DNA of 32,888 bases, taken from Stramenopiles sp. TOSAG23-3. Lineage: Eukaryota. Positions 1-11,299 of the stretch are shown one piece after another (position 1 is the stretch's first letter; the number at the start of each line of letters is the position of its first letter). The notes under the pieces were generated by a model that made no database searches, had not been told where the DNA came from, and worked only from the letters and a program-made list of their open reading frames with translations. A program made the translations under genes and the position numbers. The stretch spans positions 1-32,888 of the forward strand of contig LT642212.1 of the NCBI GenBank assembly GCA_900128585.1, in the 5' to 3' direction.

Positions 1-2
1 TT

Positions 3-76
<74 letters not shown>

Positions 77-87
77 TTTTCTTCTTC
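1..87. repeat. (TTTC)n microsatellite with TTTG/TTC variants
   Basis: Tandem TTTC units read directly from the start of the window. Confidence 0.95.
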
Positions 88-828
88 TTTTTTCTCTCCC
101 TCCATTTTTTCTCATTTTTTTATATTTTACATACATAAACACAGCATTATATTATTAACATATTAATACTATTGCATCAATGCTATTCCATCGAATTTCT
201 TATTCTAACTACATAAACACAGCACAGTTAATACAAGACTATCATACCATTATATATATGCTATTTAATGGTATATTTATGCTATCTTTATGCTACCCTT
301 CATTGTCATTCAAATTTTCATTTGTTTACGTTAAAGACATTTAAATGGCTTTATATTTGCACCAAATGATAATACAATTATAATGTACAAAACAAAAAGT
401 AAATATGGTTCCGAAATAGTAATATACATTTTTCATTTCAGACCTTCGAATTGGTTTTGAGTTCCTTCTTTTGAGTTCCTTTCCATTGCTTTCTTTGAAT
501 GAACGAAAGAACAGAACACGTAGATGCAAATGGTAACGAAGTGTTTCGGCTGTATCTGTGGCACTGTATAGATTTTGTCTCTTGCTTTTCTGCGTGTACT
601 ACCCCCTGTCGTCTGGTCGTGCGTTGAGTAGTTAGTGGAATCTCTTTCGTTCATTTCGTGTTCGCTTGCCAGGTTCCGTCCTTCCCTCTTTCTATCGTTC
701 TCTCTCTCTCTCTCTCGAGTGCAAAGCCATTGTGTTGTGTGTTTCGTGTTTGGGTGTTTGAACTTTTTGTTGTGGTAGTTGTTGTTGTTATTTTTTAGTT
801 TTAACGTAGCAGTGTAGTTCTTGAAACC

Positions 829-1863
829 ATGGATTCTGCGACCCCCTCGTCCCCGTCTACGGCTGGGGCAGAGAAGACCGACGTTCCGGCCGTCGCGGCT
901 CCGGGGCCGACGGCCGTCGCCGCCCCCACGAAAGGGGGAGTTGGCAACGTAATAGCAAAGTGTGATGACTGGGTGAAAGGCCTGATGGACTGCAAGCCGT
1001 TGGCGGAGAACGACGTAAAGCAGCTGTGCCAGATGGCCAAGGAGATAATGACGAAGGAGTCAAACGTCCAGGCCGTCCAGGCCCCGGTGACGGTCGTAGG
1101 GGACGTCCACGGACAGTTCCACGACCTGATGGAGCTCTTCCGTATCGGGGGGTACGCCCCGAACACCAACTTCTTGCTGATGGGGGACTACGTGGACCGG
1201 GGGTATTTTTCCGTCGAGACGGTCACCCTCGTCGTCGCGCTAAAGGTCCGGTACCGCGACCGAATCCACCTCTTGCGGGGGAACCACGAGAGTCGGCAGA
1301 TCACCCAGGTGTACGGGTTCTACGACGAGTGCCTGCGAAAGTACGGCAACGCGAACGTGTGGAAGTACTTCACGGACCTCTTCGACTCCCTCCCGTTGAC
1401 CTGCCTCATCGAGAACCAGATCTTTTGCCCTCACGGCGGCCTGTCCCCGTCCCTGGACACCCTGGACCATATCCGGGCCTTGGAGCGCGAGCAGGAGGTC
1501 CCGCACGAGGGCCCGATCTGCGACTTGCTCTGGAGCGACCCGGACGACCGGTGCGGGTGGGGGATCTCCCCCCGCGGGGCAGGGTACACCTTTGGCCAGG
1601 ACATTTCGGAAATGTTCAACCATACGAACGGCCTGACCCTTGTCTGCCGGGCCCACCAGCTCGTCATGGACGGGTTCGCGTGGACCCACGACAAGAACGT
1701 CGTCACCCTATTTAGTGCCCCGAACTACTGCTACCGTTGCGGGAACCAGGCGGCCATCATGGAGATCGACGAGCACATGAAGTACACCTTCCTTCAGTTC
1801 GACCCCGCACCCAGGCGAGGGAAGCCCGAGGTTACCCGAAGGACACCGGACTATTTCTTGTAA
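829..1863 (+). CDS. PPP2CA: Ser/Thr protein phosphatase 2A catalytic subunit (344 aa, Ala/Pro-rich N-terminal extension of about 40 aa)
   Basis: PPP motifs GDVHG, GDYVDRG and [16 protein letters not shown] loop; diagnostic PP2A C-terminus RRTPDYFL; single uninterrupted ORF. Confidence 0.97.
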   Translation: MDSATPSSPSTAGAEKTDVPAVAAPGPTAVAAPTKGGVGNVIAKCDDWVKGLMDCKPLAENDVKQLCQMAKEIMTKESNVQAVQAPVTVVGDVHGQFHDLMELFRIGGYAPNTNFLLMGDYVDRGYFSVETVTLVVALKVRYRDRIHLLRGNHESRQITQVYGFYDECLRKYGNANVWKYFTDLFDSLPLTCLIENQIFCPHGGLSPSLDTLDHIRALEREQEVPHEGPICDLLWSDPDDRCGWGISPRGAGYTFGQDISEMFNHTNGLTLVCRAHQLVMDGFAWTHDKNVVTLFSAPNYCYRCGNQAAIMEIDEHMKYTFLQFDPAPRRGKPEVTRRTPDYFL

Positions 1864-2332
1864 GAATGAAGCAGAAGGGAAATACATAGAAACGAGCCGC
1901 GGGGGGAGACAGGCTCAGAATGTGGGACTTGGCCGACACGGTAAAACCAGCGATAAATAATTAAGAAAGTAACAATTAAAATGCGTTCGAAGTTCGTTTT
2001 TAACTTTTATGAAAAAAGAAAAAAAGGGGGGGAATCGGGGGAACTAACCTCCTCACTTAACACGAACATATCATGTACATGAAAAATAAACAATTTATAT
2101 ATCTTACGTGGTACCATCCTCATCAAATATTTTTTGAAATGGTTAAAAAAAAAATATTATTAATGTTCTTAACTACACGGACGGTCTTTGCACACCCTCA
2201 AGTTTTAATAAACTGTTGCTCTCCGACCGTTTCTCTTTAATATATGCACAGGAACATTTTGGCGGGCGTTTGGTGACCCCCCATCCCCTCCTCCCTTCTA
2301 TGAATGTTTGTTTTTACATGGTCCTCCCTCGC

Positions 2333-3238
2333 TCAGGCGTCCCGGATCATGTCCTCGCAGGATTTGGTCTCCCCCATGAACGAGGCCAAAAACGTTTTGA
2401 TCGACATGGTCCCGTCGCTTCGCCCATACAAGTAAAAGAACCCGTCCGTGTCATCCTGGCGGAGGGGGATCCCAAAGTACCGAAAAGCCTCGTTGAACTC
2501 CGCCGCGTTCAGCTTGTCCGCGTCGTCGTTGTCCTGGAACTTTAGGTTTCGAAGGAGGGTGACCTTTTGGCTCTCCCCGCCCTTCTTCTTTTGGATGACT
2601 TTGTTCCGCAGGATGTTGACCAGCTGAAGGAGGCGGTCCTTGTTGACCACGTCCTGGTTCTCCTTTACTAAAAATACAGACTCTACTAGCTGGACAAAGT
2701 AGTCGTCCCGAGGGGAGACGGCCCCGATATCACGCCAGTACGAGGTGAAGATCTCCTCGTCGGCACCACCGATGGGGATGCACTGGGCAAAGGTCGCAGC
2801 CTGGGCGTCCACGGTGACGTTTCCGCAGCGGACGTCCGGGTGCCCCTTGGCGTTGTAGGACGCGCAGAGAGCGTCCTGGTCTACGAACCCACCGTCCGGC
2901 GCCACCGACTTCCACGCAATCTGGACGATGTTCGCCCGTCGCGCGTTTAGGGGAAGGATCAGGTCGTTCATCAACGCTTCTACGTCAAGGCGGCCCGTGT
3001 TCCCCTTGTCGGCCTCCTTGTAAATGGAGGCGACCTGTTGGGTGGAGAGGAAGAGTCCGCAGTAGTTGAGGACGTCCCCAAAGTCTTGCTTGTCGCACAT
3101 CCCCGAACCATCCCAGTTGACAGTCCGAAAGGCCTCCTGAAGCTTATCGAAAGATTGCTGGCGAAGGTCGTAGGCCTGGACCCGAAGGGACTCCAAGCAC
3201 GCCAAGTAAGCGTTACGAACAAGGTCCACGGTACTCAT
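2333..3238 (-). CDS. Calcyphosin-like multi-EF-hand protein (301 aa from ATG at 3238)
   Basis: EF-hand-like loops (NWDGSGMCDKQDF, DKGNTGRLDVEAL, DNDDADKLNAAEF); calcyphosin hallmarks YNAKGHPDVRCG and DDYFVQLV. First ATG is at 3238; the ORF-track start at 3430 is non-ATG and lies in AT-rich sequence. Confidence 0.8.
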   Translation of the reverse strand: MSTVDLVRNAYLACLESLRVQAYDLRQQSFDKLQEAFRTVNWDGSGMCDKQDFGDVLNYCGLFLSTQQVASIYKEADKGNTGRLDVEALMNDLILPLNARRANIVQIAWKSVAPDGGFVDQDALCASYNAKGHPDVRCGNVTVDAQAATFAQCIPIGGADEEIFTSYWRDIGAVSPRDDYFVQLVESVFLVKENQDVVNKDRLLQLVNILRNKVIQKKKGGESQKVTLLRNLKFQDNDDADKLNAAEFNEAFRYFGIPLRQDDTDGFFYLYGRSDGTMSIKTFLASFMGETKSCEDMIRDA

Positions 3239-4635
3239 GGTTGGGTGTGGGGAACGGTCGGGTGGGGTTGTTGGTTTGGTCGGTGTGTTACCTGCAATGA
3301 AAGAACGTCGAATAGATGGGAGTATTTCCTCAACTGAAAGTGTGCGTCTGATTCGGTAGGTATTGGTGTAAAATATAAAAACGAGTTTAAATTTTGGAGT
3401 GGAGTTCAACCAATGCGAAACAACAAACAAGAAGAAGGTTTCCTTTTTTCGTTTTATTTTTATTTTATTATTATTTTTTTTCCATATTTTTTATTAACAT
3501 AGAAATAACATTGGAATGTAAAAAGAAATAAAAAATATTAGAAAAATAGGTATATATTTAACATACACACAGCATGAAAAAAAACAAAAAACATCAACAA
3601 CGGCTTTGTTTCCAATGTGTCACATAATATGGAAATAGCAAAGGGAAAGAAACCGTCAGAAGAGATGATGTATAATATATAAAAACCTATGCTGTGTATT
3701 TATAATATATAAAGAAATGAAGAAAGAAAATGAAAGAAAATGAAAGAAAGAAAAGAAAATGAAAGAAAGAAAAGAAAAAGAAAGAATTAAAATTAAAAAA
3801 AAATAGAAAGAAAATAAATATTCATCAAATCATCAAATACATAATACATGCAATAGCATACATTCAGATGAATCATTTCATTTGTAAAAGAAAAGGTGGT
3901 AATAGTAATAGCTAATAGCTAATAGCATTATCAAAATTCATGGTTCAGGATAGGGCTTCAATTGATTAAAAAAAGAAGAAAGAAAGAAAGAAAAAAGAAC
4001 ATTGAATAGCATCATGGAATTAACATACGTATAGCAAAGTTCACAATAGAATACGGACAGAAAAGCCAAGGTTTATGTATTTATAATAACATTAGACTAC
4101 CAATTAATCCTATCAAATGGTATTTCAAGATTTTAATAAAATGGATTTCTTCCAGGGGAATAAATGTTCTATATTGTACTTATAAGGAATTATTCTATAG
4201 TGTCTTATAATATTATCTCCTATCATTTGTATCTCCGATTCTAAATTTGATTCCTTCTTGGAGAAAAAATAGGAAGGAAGTATACTTATAATGAAGAAAT
4301 TAGTATTCTAATAGACTATATCATCCTATCTAAGCGAGATAGAAAAAAAGGAAGGGCCACAAGAAACTATACTTAAAATTAATATATAGTATTCTAATAA
4401 TCATATTGATAGCAACATTTGCGTTGTATTATAATATTGAATAGCATTGTGTTATTTAACATACATATAGCATCTAATAATTTTGTTAATTTTTTAAATT
4501 GATCCTTCGTTAATGAGTCCTATGCTATTTCTATATTCTATTCTTATTCTTGAACTTTTTCAAATAATATAGACACAGCATAGATACTTTATATATTAAT
4601 TCTTCTCAATATCCGTCAGATGATCGTTAATTAAA

Positions 4636-4711
4636 AGAAGAAGAAGAAGAAGAAGAAAGAAGAAGAAGAAGAAGAGGAGCAAGGGTTTGGAGTTTGGAGT
4701 TTGGAGTTTGG
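4636..4711. repeat. (GAA)n tract followed by short tandem GGAGTTT repeats
   Basis: gaagaagaag... then gtttggagtttggagtttggagtttgg read directly. Confidence 0.85.
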
Positions 4712-5006
4712 ATGGAGAGAGTGTTTCTTCTAGAAAGAAAGGAAAGAAAGGTAGGGGAAACGAAAGAAGAAACGAAACGTCTTTAGAAGAAACTGTTTCT
4801 TTGTTGATTGAACAAGTGAGTACTTACTGTGTATGGTAACTGACTTGTAACGGGGCTTAGACGTTCAAAAGCGGAAGAAGAAAGAACCACGTTGTACGTG
4901 CGAGTGCGCTTGCTGTAGCGTAACTAAACAATACTGTCGTCGTCGGTTGGGAGCGACTTCTACTGGATACGCCCGAAAACGTGGGAATAGTTTGTTTCTG
5001 AACGTG

Positions 5007-6782
5007 ATGTCGGACGTTGAAATGGACACCCCGGACGACGGGTCGTCCCAGAACCCGCTCCACCCGATTGCGCTCTTGATCGACCAGCTCAAGTCCGACG
5101 AGGACGCCAAGCGCCTGGCGTCCGTCCAATCCCTCGGAAAGATCGCCGCCGCCCTCGGCCCCGAGCGGACCCGGGGCGAGCTCGTCCCCTTCGTCGCGGA
5201 GTCCTGCGACGACAACGACGACATTTTGAGAGCGTTGGCGAGCGTCCTCTCGACGATGGTGCCCCACGTCGGGGGGCCGGCGTTCGCCTACGCGCTCCTC
5301 CCGCCCATCGAGAGCCTCTGCCTCATCGAGGACACCGTCGTCCGGAAGGCCGCCATCGATAGCCTCAACACCATCTCCAAGGCCATGCCGAGGGAAGACC
5401 ACGGGCGGTACATGTCCCCCTTGGTCGCCCGCCTCTGCGACCAGGACTGGTTTACCTCACGGGTCTCCGCCGCCCTCGCGATACCCGTCGCCTACGAGAA
5501 GGCCGGAAGCCCCGACCATGCCGACGAGTACATCTCGCAGTTTGAAAAGCTCTGCGAGGACGACACCCCCATGTGCCGCCGGGCCGCCGCCAAGGCCCTG
5601 GCCCAGCTCGCCCGGGCCGTCCCCGCGGACGTCGCCGAGGAACGGCTCCTGCCCCTCTTCGAGCGCCTTGCGATGGACGACCAGGACAGCGTCAAGCTCC
5701 TGTGCGCGGATGTCTGCGTCTCCCTCGCCACGGCCCTCCCGGACGACGTCGTTGGGGACCAGCTCGTCCCCCGGGCCGTCAAGCTCGCCACCGACACCAG
5801 CTGGCGCGTCCGCTGGAGCATGGCCAACTGCATCGAGACCCTCTGCCAGGCCTTGGGGAAGGACCTCACGGAGGAGAAGGTCACCCCCGTCTACAAGCGG
5901 TTCCTCGAGGACTCCGAGCCCGAGGTCCGCTCTGTCGCCGCCAGCAAGCTCGCCGACGTCGCCGCCCTCATGGCCCCCGACCTCGTCATCCAGGAGCTGC
6001 TCCCCATCGTCAAGATCATGGTCAAGGACGCCAGCGAGCACGTCCGCGTAGCGATGGCCGGGAGCATCATGGGCATCGCCCCCATCCTTCAGCGGGACCT
6101 CACGATCGAGCACCTCCTGCCCATCTTTTTGCAATTTTTAAAGGACCAGAACTGCGACGTGCGCCTGAACATCATTTCCAAGCTAGAGAGCATCAACACC
6201 ATAGTCGGCGTAGACCTGCTGAGCCAGAGCCTGCTCCCCGCCATCGTAGAGCTCGCCGAGGACCGCCAGTGGCGCGTCCGCCTGGCCATCATCGACTACA
6301 TCCCCCTACTCGCCAAGGCCCTCGGCGTCGAGTTCTTCAACGAGAAGCTCGCCGCCCTCTGCATGACATGGCTCGGGGACAACGTCTTCTCCATCCGGGA
6401 GGCCGCCGTGAAGAACCTCTCCAAGCTGACCGAAGTGTTCGGCGTCGAGTGGAGCGCGCAGAACATCGTGCCCAAGGTCATGCTCCTCTACGGGCACTCG
6501 AACTACCTGTTCCGCCTGACCGCCCTGGCGAGCGTCCAGGCCCTGGCCTCCGTCCACGGGAAGGAGGTCCTTCGGAACGACATGCTCCCCTTGGTCATTC
6601 GGGCCACCCAGGACCCTGTGCCGAACATACGCTTCAACGTTGCGAAAACGCTTAGGTCCCTCGCAGGAAAGCTCGATGTGGACGATGTACAATCGCAGGT
6701 GAGGCCCGCGTTGGCCACGTTGGCAGGAGACAACGACATTGACGTCAAGTACTTCGCCACCGAGGCCCTCAGCGTATGTTAA
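5007..6782 (+). CDS. PPP2R1A: PP2A 65-kDa scaffold (A) subunit, HEAT-repeat protein (591 aa)
   Basis: LHPIALLIDQLKSD..., ALGPERTRGELVPF, DWFTSRVSA, DDTPMCRRAAA, SWRVRW, LSQSLLPAIVELAEDRQWRVRLAII, DPVPNIRFNVAK, DIDVKYFA; first in-frame ATG at 5007 (alternative 5022). Confidence 0.97.
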   Translation: MSDVEMDTPDDGSSQNPLHPIALLIDQLKSDEDAKRLASVQSLGKIAAALGPERTRGELVPFVAESCDDNDDILRALASVLSTMVPHVGGPAFAYALLPPIESLCLIEDTVVRKAAIDSLNTISKAMPREDHGRYMSPLVARLCDQDWFTSRVSAALAIPVAYEKAGSPDHADEYISQFEKLCEDDTPMCRRAAAKALAQLARAVPADVAEERLLPLFERLAMDDQDSVKLLCADVCVSLATALPDDVVGDQLVPRAVKLATDTSWRVRWSMANCIETLCQALGKDLTEEKVTPVYKRFLEDSEPEVRSVAASKLADVAALMAPDLVIQELLPIVKIMVKDASEHVRVAMAGSIMGIAPILQRDLTIEHLLPIFLQFLKDQNCDVRLNIISKLESINTIVGVDLLSQSLLPAIVELAEDRQWRVRLAIIDYIPLLAKALGVEFFNEKLAALCMTWLGDNVFSIREAAVKNLSKLTEVFGVEWSAQNIVPKVMLLYGHSNYLFRLTALASVQALASVHGKEVLRNDMLPLVIRATQDPVPNIRFNVAKTLRSLAGKLDVDDVQSQVRPALATLAGDNDIDVKYFATEALSVC

Positions 6783-7734
6783 GGAAGGAATGAACGAACG
6801 GGGCGTGGTCTGGCGTCATAGCATTTGATAGCATACGTCAAAGAATGCGATTAGTGTTCGTATCTTTAGTTTACGAATAGTAGGTTCGGTGGGAAAAGTA
6901 CTTTTATTAAAGGTGAAGGTTAGGTACCGAAGTGTCATACGAAAAGTACGAACATATAAAATAGTTGTTACCCCCCTATCAAAGGAGTAGGTGATCATAA
7001 AAATCTATTTATAAGCTAAGAACTGGACGACTTTCTCTCTCTCTTTCGTAGAAAATAGTTGGCAGTGTTTCCCAATTTCAAAAGTTCAAATGGATGTCCG
7101 TACCACACATTAAAAGAATTACTGGTTCTTGGTACCATACCATCCAAAAGTTCCGAGTTCCGAGAAGACCAATTTAATTAATAATAAAAATATTATTATA
7201 TCGATGACCTTCTTTCTTCTTTTCTTCTAATTCTTCATGCTATGTCTATATTCTATATAATAATTGTTTTTATATTTAATTTACCTTTAATAGCAGCAAC
7301 AATCCAACAACAAAAAATAATAATAAAAAAAATTATTATTTTTTAGAATTTTTTTTTAGAGAGAAGAAGAAGAACCGTTAAAATTAAAAGCAAATATTCC
7401 AATGCTGTGTCCTGTGTAACGTTATAAATGTGCGCGACGATGAAGATGAGGATTCCATACTACTACTCGCTCTCTAATAATACAATCACTTGATTTGACG
7501 ATATTCCATTCCCACATTCATTTAGTTCTTGAACTTTAACAAAGAAGACGAATGTTTGTGGGATTGAGGGTGTATTTCTCATGGAAAACACAATTTATTA
7601 TCGTCAATTTTGATTGATTCTTTGGTTTTGTCGGTTAGTGGGTTACTGTTGAATTGTTGTTGTTTTTAACCGGTGTGTCTTTCTGTGCTAGGTAGCGCCT
7701 TGGTCGTCGGGCAGTGCAAGTTGGGTAAACCGAT

Positions 7735-10700
7735 ATGGCCGGGAACGACTGTGTCGATATGTTTGCCATTGTGGCACGGGTGCGGCCGCTGGTTCGGGCA
7801 GAAATAGAGAAGGGGTGGAGGGTTTCGGCGGAAATAGACGAAGATCGGAATGTTGTCATACTTCGGAAGAGTGGCATGAGAAAAACGTTCAAGTGTGACC
7901 ACGTCCACGGGCAGGACAGCGCCACAAAGTCGGTTTTCAACGCCAACGTTGCCCCGCTGTGCGACAAGACGTTCGATGGGTACAACACGGCCGTGCTTCT
8001 CCACGGCCAGACGGGCGCAGGAAAGTCGTACACGGGCCACGCACTGGTCAACGAAGCGTTTCGTTTGATTTTTGCAAAAATAGGGGCCGTCCAAAACCCG
8101 AAAATACGCCACTTTGTCTCGGCCTCGTACTTTGAAATATACAACGAGGAGGTCGTAGACTTGTGGTCCCCGGACACCCTCAAGAACTTGGCCCGCACTC
8201 CGAAGAGCTGTGTCTCATTCAAGTGCCACCCTCGCCACGGCGTGTACGGGAAGCGACTGGTGCAGTGCAGCGTGGACAGCGCGACCACGGCCGAATCACT
8301 GCTGAAGATGGGAAAAGCCACGGGCGCCGTGGTCGCAACGTCGGCCAACATGGACCGGAGTCGCACGTCCACGTGCCTATCGATTTCCCTCAAGCGTATT
8401 TCCAAGAACAAGTTTGGGGAGGACGAAGAAGTCGTGTCCACGATGAAGTTTGTAGAACTGCCAGGTTCCGACATGAAAGGTACCATGCAGGGTGCTAACA
8501 CGGACAGGCTTCGCACCACGTGCAAGATAGACACCCAGCTGTCCGCATTTAAGAAAGTCGTAAAGACCCTTGCGGACAATGCGACGAAATATGCCCACAA
8601 CCCACGGCCGGTTCCCTACGATCAGTCCCCGTTGACGTTGTTCCTGAAGGACGCCTTGGGGGGGAATGCGAAAACGTTGGTCATGTGCATGATTGCCCCC
8701 TCCGACGGGGACTTTGACGATTCCATGGCAACCCTCGGGTTTGCAGACAAGGTGATGCGGTACGTGCGCAACAGGGCCGTCGTTGCGACGGGCGTGCGCA
8801 AAGGCATGATCAAGAGTTTGAAATCTGAGATAGAGTTTTTGGCGGACGAGGCCCTTGCGATAGACAAAGAAATAGAAAGCGCAAAGAACATCGCCAGTTT
8901 GGACGTTCCCACAGGCGACGAAAAGACGGGGGAGGGGGAGTACACTTACCTGGAGGGGATCAGCCCCCAAGAGCGGGCTGCACTTGCCGCCGAACGACGC
9001 GAAAAATTTGAAAAGCTCGACGTGAAGCGCTCGCTGGCTATAGAACGGATGGAGGAGGACAAGTATTTGCTGGACATTGCGTCGATGCAGTGGAAGGAGG
9101 TCGTCGAGGGAACGGACATCCAGACGGAGACCCAGTCAACGCAGCTGGAAAATTTAGGCGTTACGTACCTTCCCGGGATGCGGAAGCTGAAAACGACACC
9201 GCACCTCATTACCCTGTGCCGGGACCCGTCCATGACGGGAGCGCTCACGTTCATGCTGGAGAAGGGGGACACCACTATTGGGCGCGACAAGGGCATCTCC
9301 TTGGAAGGCCTGGGCATCGACCACGACCAAGGTACCATCACCAACAAAGATGGGGTCCTCACCTTTGTCAACGGGGGGGGCGCGACAACGTTTGTGAACG
9401 GGGCACAGATCTTCCTGTACGATGTACCTGCGAACCCCGACGATATCCCACGGAAAGCCTCGCCGACCAGGCTTCATCACGGGGACAGAATCCTGTTTGG
9501 CCAGTACCACCTGTTCCTGGTCCAAAACCTGGCGGAGTGCGAGCCTAGTGCAACGAAGAAGAAGAAGACACGGAAGGGTGGGGGGGGCGGCAAAGAAGAG
9601 GAGGACACCCGAGACATGGCGTTGCTGAAGGATTGGTCCTTTGCCATGCAGGAACTGTACGCTGAGGCGATCGGTGGGAAAATGGCAAAGGAGCTGGAAG
9701 TCCGCCAGGCGGTGGAGACCAAAGCTGCACTCAGCAGTGAAAAGCTTCAAGTGATAGAAGCGGAAATGACGAGCGAAAAGGAGAAATTGAAGGAATGGAC
9801 CACTTCCGCGAAAAAGAAACAGCAGCATCCACCCGCTAAACTGCGGCAAGAGCAAGACAAATGTCGCCACAGAATCGACCAGTTGGAGCGCCGATTGGCG
9901 GAGCAGCTGGGGGTAGACGGAAACCTGCAGTCAAAAATTTCGACCCTGGATCGCGAGAAGAAGGTGATCGAGGGCCAACTGACCGCGTCTCTTCCACTTG
10001 TCAGCGAGGTCAACGCGTACGCCAAAGCGTTTGGAAAGGCTCTCTCGTTCAGCGCCAAGCTGGTGGCGGACCATTCCAAATCGATCCTGGCACTACCGAA
10101 CGTGTCAAAAAGTGCCGGTTCCAAGAAAGAAGATGCTGCAGAACAATTGGAAGTCGGGGTGGAGGTCGTCCCAGTCAAGAAGTCTGGGCCAAAAGCATCG
10201 ACCATTCCCGTAATGTGGAACTACGACAAGTTTATGGCGCGCCTGTACCTGATGCGAGAAATGTACCGGAGTTACGTGCGTGGTGGCCGCACGGTGGCAT
10301 GCTTACGAAAGCTATACACCAAGGACAACGACCCATTCGGCGATTTCATGCAGCACGTTCTTATCGGTCGCTCCTACTTGTACCTGGACTCGCTCTCATA
10401 CTTTTTAGAGTTTGAAGACTCCGTGCCCATAGTGGACTACCGTGGCAAAGACAACGGGTTCGTAAAACTAAAAATTGTGCCTCGGAGGCTAGGGGATTCT
10501 GACTTGTTCACGCACGAAATCCATGACGAAGGCGAGAAGAGCACGCGGGACTTTGTTGGGAAAATGTTTGAATTTTCTGTTTCTGTGGTGTCTGCAAAGG
10601 GGATACCAGAAGCCCTGTGCAGCAACGTGTTTGTCAAAACTCGGTTCGGGAACGAGACGAACGTGTTACGAACGGACCCTTGCGCAGCGGATACGACAAG

Positions 10701-11196
10701 TCCAAAATTTACCAACAACAAATTCATGTTTAAAAAAGAAATCACGGACGAAGTATGCGAGTATTTCGAGACCGGCTCCATGGAAGTGGAAGTGTATGGT
10801 GCCCAGCCGGGAACGTCTATTAAAGCCAAGAAAGGGGGGGAAACGAGAGCAATGTTATCGACCGGTCAGGACTACGATGAAGACAAGGGCCCGTCGAGCG
10901 CACAGGAAAAGCACGTTGTGGAAGTAGAGAACTTGCAAAACGCAATCCTTTCGGAACGAATTAACACCAAACAGGCGTTGGACTCGGCGGTCGATCTAAA
11001 ATCACAAGTAGATCGTCTAAAGACGAGAATTATGCAAAGTGGGGGAAGCGTCGAAGACAAATATAAGATAGAGAACAATTCTTTGAAAAGGGAAATGGAC
11101 GTTTTAAAGGCAAAGCTAGAAACTTCGTCAAAGCGAGTTGCCAACCTGGAACAAAAAGCTTCGAAAACTAAGAGCGGGGTGTGCACTATTTCTTAA
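7735..11196 (+). CDS. Kinesin-3-type (KIF28/KLP-6-like) protein: motor, FHA, coiled coil, C2-like domain, C-terminal CaaX
   Basis: N-terminal ARVRP; FDGYNTAVLLHGQTGAGKSYT P-loop; SYFEIYNEEVVDL; LKDALGGNAKT; FHA segment (TTIGR...TFVNG...RLHHGDRILFG); WNYDKFMARLYLMREMY/DPF motif typical of kinesin-3 tails; ends CTIS*. Confidence 0.88.
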   Translation: MAGNDCVDMFAIVARVRPLVRAEIEKGWRVSAEIDEDRNVVILRKSGMRKTFKCDHVHGQDSATKSVFNANVAPLCDKTFDGYNTAVLLHGQTGAGKSYTGHALVNEAFRLIFAKIGAVQNPKIRHFVSASYFEIYNEEVVDLWSPDTLKNLARTPKSCVSFKCHPRHGVYGKRLVQCSVDSATTAESLLKMGKATGAVVATSANMDRSRTSTCLSISLKRISKNKFGEDEEVVSTMKFVELPGSDMKGTMQGANTDRLRTTCKIDTQLSAFKKVVKTLADNATKYAHNPRPVPYDQSPLTLFLKDALGGNAKTLVMCMIAPSDGDFDDSMATLGFADKVMRYVRNRAVVATGVRKGMIKSLKSEIEFLADEALAIDKEIESAKNIASLDVPTGDEKTGEGEYTYLEGISPQERAALAAERREKFEKLDVKRSLAIERMEEDKYLLDIASMQWKEVVEGTDIQTETQSTQLENLGVTYLPGMRKLKTTPHLITLCRDPSMTGALTFMLEKGDTTIGRDKGISLEGLGIDHDQGTITNKDGVLTFVNGGGATTFVNGAQIFLYDVPANPDDIPRKASPTRLHHGDRILFGQYHLFLVQNLAECEPSATKKKKTRKGGGGGKEEEDTRDMALLKDWSFAMQELYAEAIGGKMAKELEVRQAVETKAALSSEKLQVIEAEMTSEKEKLKEWTTSAKKKQQHPPAKLRQEQDKCRHRIDQLERRLAEQLGVDGNLQSKISTLDREKKVIEGQLTASLPLVSEVNAYAKAFGKALSFSAKLVADHSKSILALPNVSKSAGSKKEDAAEQLEVGVEVVPVKKSGPKASTIPVMWNYDKFMARLYLMREMYRSYVRGGRTVACLRKLYTKDNDPFGDFMQHVLIGRSYLYLDSLSYFLEFEDSVPIVDYRGKDNGFVKLKIVPRRLGDSDLFTHEIHDEGEKSTRDFVGKMFEFSVSVVSAKGIPEALCSNVFVKTRFGNETNVLRTDPCAADTTSPKFTNNKFMFKKEITDEVCEYFETGSMEVEVYGAQPGTSIKAKKGGETRAMLSTGQDYDEDKGPSSAQEKHVVEVENLQNAILSERINTKQALDSAVDLKSQVDRLKTRIMQSGGSVEDKYKIENNSLKREMDVLKAKLETSSKRVANLEQKASKTKSGVCTIS

Positions 11197-11299
11197 ACGT
11201 GTAGTATCAGAATCATAATTGTTTTTTTTCAGAATTAATTATTTCGAGCGGGGGATGGGGTTAAAAAGTAAAATATTATTCCTTCCGCGCATTTCCAAA

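Noticed and set aside
3239-3430. ORF-track N-terminal extensions from non-ATG starts (also 4947, 19225, 22415, 23486, 27158, 27727)
   Set aside because: Eukaryotic context; the extensions lie in UTR-like sequence, and the first in-frame ATG gives the expected N-termini or signal peptides
5573-6655. 360-aa Arg/Pro/Gly-rich alternative-frame ORF within PP2A-A (similarly 1026-1715)
   Set aside because: Typical frameshifted reading of a very GC-rich gene; low complexity and no motifs
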